Source: Eledone cirrhosa (taxonomy: Eukaryota). Taken from it: DNA of 64,000 bases. The position numbers and the translations under genes are program-made. This document shows positions 54,411 to 64,000 of the stretch, piece after piece. The stretch is taken from NCBI GenBank assembly GCA_964016885.1, contig OZ024743.1:124558001-124622000 (forward strand). Direction: 5' to 3'. Positions within the stretch are counted from its first letter, which is position 1. Every line of letters starts with the position of its first letter. The notes under the pieces are model-generated. The model saw nothing but the letters and a program-made list of their open reading frames with translations, searched no databases and had not been told where the DNA came from.

Positions 54411-55029
54411 GTTACTGCTGGTGATATAAACTCTACTGTTTCATTGATGTTCTTTCGTTCTTTATTGGTTTCTGTCATCGGACTACGGCCTTGCTGGGGC
54501 ACCACTTTGGAGGAATCTAGTCGATTATATTGATTCGACTTCAGTTCTTTTGTCTGGTACATATTTTATCGATCTCATAAACGACAATATTCAAGTTGGC
54601 TTTGGTGCTGAGACAACTAAACTATATAACCAATTTCGCAGAAACGTTAGACCAATACTCTAAAGTTTCTCCGAAATGGGAGTATTTATTTAATGTTCGT
54701 TTATTCAATGGCAGAGGAATTGGTTTCTTATTAAGTGATAAAACTCTTTAGTTGACATTTAGACGATAGCGTCAATAAAATCTTATAATTTTGGGTAATG
54801 TTTTATACTAATTCAGCGTGCAGTATATGACATGACCGTTCAGACCTCACCTGAGTATGTAGTTTTGTGGTATGCAATGGCGTCAGTTTAATTCTTCTGC
54901 TTACCTTTTTAAATACTATCTTATTCGGTAGATATTATATAGCCATTTTCACTCTAGCCTCTAACCATTCAAATACTGTTTTACTTTCTTTTCCTCTTTC
55001 TTTCTCTTTCACTTTCTCTTAGGTTAATA

Positions 55030-55510
55030 TAATTGCTTCTACTTTTGACACCAGGCCAGCAATTATCCCATGCATTGCTGGTACTTTATTTTATCGACCC
55101 CGTAAGGATGAAAGGCAAAGTTAATCTCGGCAGGATTAGAACTCAGACTGTAAAGGGCCATAACTCTATGTTGCAAAGCATGGCGTCCGACCCTCTACCG
55201 TTACTGCCAATCCACCGCCCTAATGTTAATATAATGACGATTCCTTTATTTTCGCGATAAGTGTGTTAGAGTGATTACACAAACTAGTCCACTTTCAAAT
55301 AATTATTCCTACTTTGATACAAGGCCAGCAATTTGAAGAGAATGAGAAAGTCGTTAAATCGACCTTGGTGCGTTACTCTATTTTATCTACTCCGTAAGGA
55401 TGAAAGACCAAGCTTATGTCGGCGAAACAACTCAGACCGTAAAGAACCCGTAACTATATGCTGCAAAGCATGTTGGAGGACGCTCTACCGATGCTGCTAA
55501 TTCATCTCCC
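55030..55510 (-). mobile_element. Two SINE copies (55030-55222 and 55305-55510)
   Basis: Reverse complement of the 3152-3339 family. Confidence 0.85.
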
Positions 55511-55870
55511 TTAAATTAACATAATAACGCTGTTCATAATTTAAAACACAGCGTCATTTTGGGGTAACAGATTTTCAAAATAGTAGTGCATTGTTTGTTT
55601 CATATATAATATCGTAGTCGTGATATATCATGCCTTCTAATTGAATGGAAGGAAGCATGAGTGGCGTGTTTGTGTGTCCCATGTACGTTATGTGGGTTCG
55701 TGTCCCGTGTGCGTCGATACTCATCCTTTTTTTCCATTCTGAGGTTTTTTTATTATTAAAATCCCAACTAACAGACTCATTATATTCAGTCAAATACGGC
55801 ATAAGCACATGTTACTGCCTAATTTTCAAATTATCTAGCCGTTTGTAAACAAAGCATGCTTTGTGTCTCC

Positions 55871-55902
<32 letters not shown>

Positions 55903-56100
55903 CGTATGGGGTTAACCGAACAAGGATGTGTGGGCCACATTATGGTCTGTCGGTTGTGAAGCAGGTACTGGCCGTTGAAGAATCAACATCATACGTCCGG
56001 CTGGCCCTCTATCACGAAAAGAAGATTTTTCTCGAAGAAGGCATTGGATTTTTCCAAACTTAAAGGTATTTTATGAACTTTGATTATCTTATAGGTTTTG

Positions 56101-56158
56101 CCGTCTGAAGGACTCAGACTATCATAACTGATAGTCGTCAGCGAAATATATATAACGG
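56101..56158 (+). ncRNA. Hammerhead-like motif in a (TA)n-flanked solo pseudo-LTR (about 55900-56200)
   Basis: ccgt-CTGAAGG-...gactatca/taac/tgatagtc...-GAAA-tatata-TA-acgg; core position 9 and proximal stem II are degenerate. Confidence 0.55.
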
Positions 56159-56221
56159 ATTTTAAATAAACCTGAACCAACTGAATATGGCCTCGGATCT
56201 TTTATATATATATATATATAT

Positions 56222-59200
56222 AGTATTAGTTATACTATTTATGGTTATGTAAACACAAAACCTTAAGCAGTTGTAAGTATTTTACACACACCCTAAATAG
56301 TGGTAGGCAGTAATGTATTACTACCTTATTACCAGTAAGTTAAGTAGCTCAATGTAAAAACATCAGATGATTTACAGAGCAGTTATATGAAATATAAGAA
56401 TCAAAGAACTGTTCAAAACATTATTGTGCTTACAGCTGTTTCCTCCAAACCGAGGTTTGGATTCTTCGGAGCAATTTATTAATGCATGGACAGTTATATG
56501 ACCTCCTTTTCAGCCGAGAGACATACCAATACATATTCAAACATTGATACATATTCAAACATTGTGGGTCAACATTCATTACAGAATTTAGAGTGGCAGT
56601 ACACACTTCGAGATTACATTTATATTAATAGGTACAATCAAAAATCAAAGATATAGGTTAAAGTACAACATGAAGATAAGTGGTTATATAGTGCAAATGT
56701 TATATGTGTGGCACGCATGTGCGTCTTGTTTATATAGTGTGGCAGAGAGATATGTGTGGTAGAGGCACTTAGGTAGGTAAATAAGAGTGTTAGGTTGGTA
56801 GATCTGGTGGCAAAATCTTTATATGATTGATGTAGTCTGTGTGTGGAGAAATATTATAAGCATTAAAGATAGTGCAAGCATTAAAAGTGTTATAAGTATT
56901 GGAGATGCACAGCGCAGGGATGTCAAGTAATTCATGTACTTCGGCATTTTCATGGTCAAGGGAGTGTATATTTCGATTATATGCCTTTCACATAATCCAC
57001 GACAATCCAGTTAGAGAAAACACCTTTCCATAAGCCTAATGAGAAACTTATTTACGTAGATACCAAGTCTAATCACCCTAGATCAATATTAAACTCTATC
57101 TCTAAGGGGGTGTCCAATAGAATCTCTAGTCTGTCCTATGACGCAAACATATTTAGCAAAAACTCACAATATTATAATCAAGCATTAGCTAGCTCCGGCC
57201 ATAATATAGAAATTGAGTTCCTACCTAAGAAAACACATAGCTACAACATCATCTCGCACAACATGTCCATGAGGAAATCTAATAATAGGAATAGCAACCA
57301 CAAGTGCACCAAAGCGGAGGGTGCCACCGGAAGTAACCATTACCATGGAAACTACTGTGAGGCCTTAGGAGGAAGCAACACACCAAACACTAAAAGCATA
57401 AATAGAAGAAGAAATAATACATTTTTCAACCCTCCTTTCAACCTAAATGTCTCCACCAACATACCTAGGGCTTTCTTCTCACTACTAGATAAAAACTTCC
57501 CTCTAGGACACAAGTACCACAACCTCTTAAACAAAAACACCATTAAAATCTCTTACTCTACGACGCCTAACTTAGCATACCACATAGCTAGCAGCAATAA
57601 TAGTAAAATTAGTTCTTACTTCCAACAAACAAAATCACAACGGGATGCAAACCCTCTAAATACCACTGTAGCAAGCAACAATAGCAACGGCAGTAACAAT
57701 AGAAATAACACTAGTATAAGTAATAACACCAGGGTTGTCAACCCGAACACCCAAAATCCTATATCCACCACACAGACTTCCGCATTGCATTATAACCAGC
57801 GGACTAACGCACAGAATAATTGTAACTGTAGAGCTAATAGAACCTGCCCTTTAGATAAAAAATTGCCTAACCAAGGATGTCATATACTCATGCACAGTCA
57901 CGACTAATAACTCTTCAGAAACCTATGTAGGCTCCACTTCTAACTGCTTCAAAATCAGATATAACTCGCACATCCACTCGTTCAAAAAGCACAGCCTAGC
58001 CAACTCCACCTCACTTTCTAGCTACATACACTATCTAAAATCTAAAAATAAACCATACACACTCAAATGGGAAGTGATAGGCAGCGCGACCTCGTACAAA
58101 CCACCTAATAAATTCTGTAACCTCTGTATACTAGAGACACACAATATTATCTTCTCCAACCGTAACCTACTTAACAAAAAATCTGAGGTGTTTGCAACTT
58201 GCCAGCACCGCCTCAGACATTCCTTCCAAAACTTTAAGCCCTATATATAGCAATGTCGGACTGGAACCTAACACCACATCTAGCATCAAACACCAGAGAC
58301 ACACCCTATACTACATACCCAACACTAGCTGATCCATTATAACACAAACAACGACATCCCTCTGGAACCCTTCGCAGGGAAAATACCCATTTATACCTCT
58401 ACGGCAGGTGTGACAACATCCACCCACTTGGACGGCACTACACCGCTCTAAGGGTAATTTGAGCATGAATTGATCGGTTGGATGGTGTTGGGCAGAGGAA
58501 ACACCTTCCTTAGACAGATGTAAAATGATTTAATCGAGTAGCGCTGTTGACCAGTAGGACCGGGCTGCGGAGCGCAGTGAGTGAATGCAATGCAACTGCC
58601 GTGCGGGTTGTACGTATATGGATGATCTGACGGTCAGAGAGGGGTCGCGAGGACTGCGGATTGACCTTTGGCCTGCCTGGGGACGATTATCTTTCGACAT
58701 CCAATGTAGCAAGTGATGACCCAGATCTTACCAGAGATCATTGGGTCCTGAAGCAATCCTGCAATCACCGCGCCTGGCCATATGAGCAGACTACAACCAC
58801 AGAGATCATTAATTTAGAATCCTCGCTCATCATCTATAATTTCCATTTGTAGCACCTTATGATGGGTTAATCCACCTTAATAATAATATGATCACCTTCA
58901 GCATAATTTAGTTAAACTACTCTATAGTTAGTACACTTTATGCTTTAAAAGTCTCTCTTGGAAGGTGCACCTCACCATAGAATTTTAGGGTCTATATTGG
59001 GACACATTTTAATGGCTAGATATGGAAACCCCAGAGTTACCTCCCCGCATGCATTAACTCCCCTTAGCCACACACACTCTTCCGGTATTCAATGGCGTTT
59101 CTCGAAACGTAACAACCTCCTGTATCGAACTAAAGAACACCAGACTACGATCTCTAACTGGATTGTCGTGGATTATGTGAAAGGCATATAATCGAAATAT

Positions 59201-59779
59201 ACACTCCCTTGACCATGAAAATGCCGAAGTACATGAATTACTTGACATCCCTGCGCTGTGCATCTCCAATACTTATAACACTTTTAATGCTTGCACTATC
59301 TTTAATGCTTATAATATTTCTCCACACACAGACTACATCAATCATATAAAGATTTTGCCACCAGATCTACCAACCTAACACTCTTATTTACCTACCTAAG
59401 TGCCTCTACCACACATATCTCTCTGCCACACTATATAAACAAGACGCACATGCGTGCCACACATATAACATTTGCACTATATAACCACTTATCTTCATGT
59501 TGTACTTTAACCTATATCTTTGATTTTTGATTGTACCTATTAATATAAATGTAATCTCGAAGTGTGTACTGCCACTCTAAATTCTGTAATGAATGTTGAC
59601 CCACAATGTTTGAATATGTATCAATGTTTGAATATGTATTGGTATGTCTCTCGGCTGAAAAGGAGGTCATATAACTGTCCATGCATTAATAAATTGCTCC
59701 GAAGAATCCAAACCTCGGTTTGGAGGAAACAGCTGTAAGCACAATAATGTTTTGAACAGTTCTTTGATTCTTATATTTC

Positions 59780-59787
<8 letters not shown>
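56222..59787 (+). mobile_element. 5'-truncated PLE with a ~630-bp inverted 5' pseudo-LTR
   Basis: ORF 57110-57907 (SNHP upstream, FFNPPFN, IKISYS); GIY-YIG 'YVGSTSNCFKIRYNSH' at about 57925-57970; 56385-57017 is the reverse complement of 59151-59787. Confidence 0.92.
59695..59741 (+). ncRNA. Type I hammerhead with CCGAAGA core (inverted copy at 56427-56473)
   Basis: tgct-CCGAAGA-a-tccaaac/ctcg/gtttgga-g-GAAA-c-agct-GTA-agca. Confidence 0.75.
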
Positions 59788-59826
<39 letters not shown>

Positions 59827-59989
59827 CATTTCTGAATTTGTTTAGCAAGATTCTTTATCTGAAAACGTGTGTTGAAACCGATATTGTTATACTTTGGGAG
59901 GGTTATGTTGCCAATAAAAAACACACGCACTAGTTGCTTTCACTCCAATTTATTATAAATTAAATTTATAAATTTAAGAATTTATAAAT

Positions 59990-60932
59990 TTCCGGTTGGT
60001 TGGTCCCACAAGCGGACGGTTGTTCATATATTGTCAAAGTTCTTTCGTCACACATTCTGTGACCTCTTCAGTGACTGGGGATTCTTTTCTTTGTTTTTTT
60101 GCTTCTCCTTTGTTCTGTCCTCCGCCATCTTGTTTTTGTGTGTGTTGTATGCTTAGTTTGCGCATGTGTTACATCCAGGTGTCTGTGTGTGTTTATATTT
60201 GTTTATTTATTTGTTTATTTACATGTTTCTGGTTGGTTGTTTGTTCTATGTGTGTGTGTGTTTTCATTTTGTCCTTAATTGTAAGTTGTGATGTTGCTAT
60301 TCCATTCATGTTTTCTATTTAATTTTGGTTGGAGTTCATTTATGTTTATTGCCTCTGTGATTTGTCTAAACATTGCGTCTTTTCTGTGTGTAGATTCTAT
60401 TTTTATTTCTATGTTCTCTAATTTACCCTTATGTTCTATTTTAGCATGTTGGCGGAGTACAGATGATTTTTTTCTATCTTGAAGCTCTCGCCAGTGTTCA
60501 TTTATCCGTTCTCCTATACTACGAGCTGTCTCACCTATGTACACTATATTCTTATCTCTACATTTTCCTTTAGTACATCTTATGCTATATACTACATTTC
60601 TAGTTTTACAGTTAATATGGGGTCTTAGTTTACACATGCATTTCTTATCTATACAGGGAGGTCTTTGAAAAAGGTATGTATTGCTAATAAGTGTTTTTAT
60701 GGAGGTGCCTGATCTTTCTACTATCTTAATATTGAGTTTATGTTTATCTAGGGCCCTTCTAAATTTGTAAGTTAATTCACCTCTAGGGGTTGTATTGATG
60801 AACATTACACTCTGGTATTTATTGCTATCATACCATGAGTTTATTTTGTTAAACTTATTCCTAGTTCTTTCTATTTTATTCCAAAATTTGCTCCTATACA
60901 ATGGGACCTGCCCCTTGTATAGGAGCAAATTT
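59990..60932 (-). mobile_element. PLE 3' fragment of another family (linker plus GIY-YIG)
   Basis: ORF 60275-60928: VMFINTTP..KIVERSG..NVVYSIRC..VYIGETARSIGERINEH..RQITEA. Confidence 0.9.
60033..60075 (-). ncRNA. Type I hammerhead in the 3' pseudo-LTR
   Basis: Minus strand reads gtca-CTGAAGA-g-gtcaca/gaatg/tgtgac-GAAA-g-aa-CTT-tgac. Confidence 0.7.
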
Positions 60933-60936
60933 ATAT

Positions 60937-60971
60937 CTGAGGAACGCCAACAGTGTGAAACAGAATCTGTC
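60937..60971 (+). ncRNA. Hammerhead core lacking the 5' strand of stem I
   Basis: CTGAGGA-acgc/caaca/gtgt-GAAA-cag/aat/ct-GTC; the upstream sequence is a junction. Confidence 0.6.
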
Positions 60972-61148
60972 AGCTTCTCTCCCTTCCTTTGCTGAAAAAA
61001 GAAGTAAGTAACATAGTCACAACTTTAAAATAATAGCGCAAGGTCTTCAAAATGTTTTTAATTAAAAATACAGTATATTACCAAATATACTATACATACA
61101 TTCATGTATACATCGCTATTTCAGAGCACCAATCCTAATTTCTATATA

Positions 61149-61227
<79 letters not shown>

Positions 61228-61230
<3 letters not shown>

Positions 61231-62699
61231 TAAGCGGAATAGAAAATGCTGACAAATTGTTCACAGTTGAAAAATAGATTAGTTAGGAATAAAAGAGTAT
61301 TAGTAATTGTATGGGTTAGTATTCAGTTGTGGTTTTAAGTTTTTAAGTTTTTTTCAATAACAAACCCTACAGGCATAAATCTGGGACCGCTATGGGAACG
61401 AAAACAGCCCCACTTATGCCAACCTAGTCATGGGATACCTGGAAATCACCCTCTACACTAAAGTCTTAAACAAATTTGGAAACACCCTCCACTTACACAT
61501 TGAAAGGAACTGGAAGCGATATCTAGATGACTGCTTCATCCTTTGGCACGAAAACATCGAACAACTTAAAGAATTTCACACCCTTATAAATGGGCTCAAC
61601 ACGAATATTAACTTCACGATGGAATACAGCCATCAACAACTCTCCTTCCTCGACATCCTCATTAAGATCCATAACAAAAAAATAGAAACAGACATATACT
61701 ACAAGCCCACAGACTCCAAGCAATATCTCCCTTTCAACTCTTGTCACCCTAGACACGTTAAAATTAATATTCCCTACAACTTAGCCAAGAGAATCTGTAC
61801 TATAGTCTCCAATAAAAACATCTGCTACTTACGGCTACAAGAACTAAAGGATACACTCATAGGCAGGGACTACCCTGCATCACTAATTGACAATAGCATC
61901 CAACGTGTCCTAAAACTCAGTACCCAGGACCTTAGACACCCTAAAGTAAATCAACCGAAACTAAAAGCTCTTCCATACATCTCCACACACAACCCCCTCA
62001 ACAATGAGGCCTTTGACACCATCCTCCAGAACATCCCTGTGTTGAAAAAGGACCATAGAATGAACCAAATCCTACGAACACACGATATCATAAAGAGAAA
62101 AAGACAATCCAAGTCAATGAAAAACATCCTAACACATGCCAAAGTACTGCCAACCACAACAACGAAACCCACAGTAAAAAAATGCGATAGACCCAACTGT
62201 GGCATTTGCATCAACTTAATAGAGGGTTCGGAATTCTATTTCAAAGAAGGACAACGTTTTATAGTAAAACACAATTTCACATGTGCATCGGTAAATCTAA
62301 TATATGTATTAACTTGCTCAGGTTATCGAGAACAATACATAGGCCAGACCAAAAACAGCCTCCCCCAACGCATGACTGTCCATAGATCCCAAATTAAAAT
62401 ACGGGAATACAGGAAAATACGACTGAGTGAACACATTGATACCTGTGCCGCCCAAAATCATCCCAACTTCAGAATCTTTCCCCTCTACAAATTTAAAGAT
62501 AATGCCACCCACACCCAGCGCATCAGCAAGGAATCTTACTTCATTAACAAATACGGACCCCGTCTAAACACTTCTCCCTAAGACGAACCCACAACATACA
62601 CACGTCAACATACATACCTACATCAGCACACATCTCTACCCACATATAAACACAATGACATACGTAAACACACATGCTCTATGGTGCAACACAAACAAA

Positions 62700-62780
<81 letters not shown>

Positions 62781-62937
62781 ATATATATAGTGAATATATG
62801 TATGTGTATATATATATATAGTGAATATCATTTCACACCTTTTATTGTTAAGATTTTTGATGTTCTATTAAGAGAACCGATTTTACTGAAAAAATCGAAT
62901 AATGTACACCATTTTACCAGGGGGGAAAAATACTGGT

Positions 62938-62974
<37 letters not shown>

Positions 62975-63161
62975 CACACACACATACACGCGCGTACATT
63001 AACATACAAAGAGACTTATACACACACACACACACACACACACACGCGCACTTCTCCGTATAAGACAAAAGCTGAAAAATATCTTTTGACATGCTAATAT
63101 ACCCCCCATTGCTTACAGATACACTCTTACTGACCATCCCTGCTACCACGAATTACTCTGC

Positions 63162-63194
<33 letters not shown>

Positions 63195-63819
63195 TTATCT
63201 TAATAGCCATTTGACACACATCCCTGCTAACCATTATCACAACATCGAACACCTTACTACTACTATACACACACACACACACACTCACACATATTTGTTG
63301 TGAAAGAGTCATTTCTCATTCTTGGCGCAAAACCAATTTTTTATTCACATGACCTCTACCGACCAATCAAAATTGTTTTGACCACAAGAATTTTTGCAAA
63401 CACCAAATAGTGCTGGAGCCACTTTTTTAACATAAAAACAGTCTTGGCGCAAAATCAATTTTTTACATTCACATGATCTCTACCGACCAATCAAAATTGT
63501 TTTGACCACAATAATTTTTGCAACACCAAGTAGCGCTGGAGCCACTTTTTTAACATAAAAACAGGTAGAATTCCTAAAACTAATCAGATCAGAGCAAACA
63601 GCACGGACACTCTGTCTCAAAATTATTTTTGAAAAGCATTTAGAAATGCGCAACCGGTAAAAACTTAAAAACTTAAAACCACAACTGAATACTAACCCAT
63701 AGAATTACTAATACTCTTTTATTCCTAATTAAACCATTTTTCAACTGTGAACAATTTGTCAGCATTTTCTATTCCGTTTACCAATATATAATAACTTGTG
63801 TGTTACACCTCTATTCTTT

Positions 63820-63823
<4 letters not shown>
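61228..63823 (+). mobile_element. Young Neptune-like PLE, 5'-truncated, with a short inverted 5' tail (61228-61351)
   Basis: 61228-61351 is the reverse complement of about 63660-63785; (TA)n on both sides. Confidence 0.94.
61430..62581 (+). CDS. PLE polyprotein C-terminal half (RT palm/thumb, Cys linker, GIY-YIG); N-terminally truncated
   Basis: 383-aa open frame: WKRYLDD, SFLD, SCHPRH, CDRPNCGIC, LIYVLTCSGYREQYIGQTK. Confidence 0.85.
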   Translation: MGYLEITLYTKVLNKFGNTLHLHIERNWKRYLDDCFILWHENIEQLKEFHTLINGLNTNINFTMEYSHQQLSFLDILIKIHNKKIETDIYYKPTDSKQYLPFNSCHPRHVKINIPYNLAKRICTIVSNKNICYLRLQELKDTLIGRDYPASLIDNSIQRVLKLSTQDLRHPKVNQPKLKALPYISTHNPLNNEAFDTILQNIPVLKKDHRMNQILRTHDIIKRKRQSKSMKNILTHAKVLPTTTTKPTVKKCDRPNCGICINLIEGSEFYFKEGQRFIVKHNFTCASVNLIYVLTCSGYREQYIGQTKNSLPQRMTVHRSQIKIREYRKIRLSEHIDTCAAQNHPNFRIFPLYKFKDNATHTQRISKESYFINKYGPRLNTSP

Positions 63824-63904
<81 letters not shown>

Positions 63905-63932
63905 ATATCAGCACACATCTCTACCCACATAT

Positions 63933-63973
<41 letters not shown>

Positions 63974-64000
63974 ATAAAAACACTTGAGTGCATTAGAGTC

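Noticed and set aside
58713-58751. SECIS element or C/D snoRNA
   Set aside because: The AUGA is absorbed in the stem, there is no apical AA, no in-frame UGA at Cys positions was seen, and the box spacing is too short for a snoRNA.
59858-59885. Additional hammerhead-like strings (ctgaaaa..gaaaccgata; also ctgagga at 11307)
   Set aside because: No convincing stem I or II, or no GAAA.

Overview
AT-rich, microsatellite-saturated eukaryotic (animal) genomic DNA made almost entirely of transposable elements. The SINE families and (TA)n/(CA)n density look cephalopod/Octopus-like, which is an inference. No complete host gene is evident. Content: at least five families of Penelope-like elements (PLEs; RT + C-terminal GIY-YIG) with inverted pseudo-LTRs inserted in (TA)n; three RTE-clade LINEs; a tandem Tx1/L1-clade element interleaved with Dong/R4 (RLE) elements in a (TTA)n tract; Helitrons; a hAT MITE; and many SINEs. 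The most notable signals are: (i) about 14 hammerhead-ribozyme (HHR) motifs read directly from the PLE pseudo-LTRs, including U3:A8 compensatory-core variants and a 5' inversion junction that falls at a predicted HHR cleavage site; (ii) a PHD finger inserted inside an RTE reverse transcriptase; (iii) an RTE with three C-terminal C2H2 fingers; (iv) a possible (TTA)n-targeting Tx1. All alignments and structures were read by eye, so boundaries are approximate.
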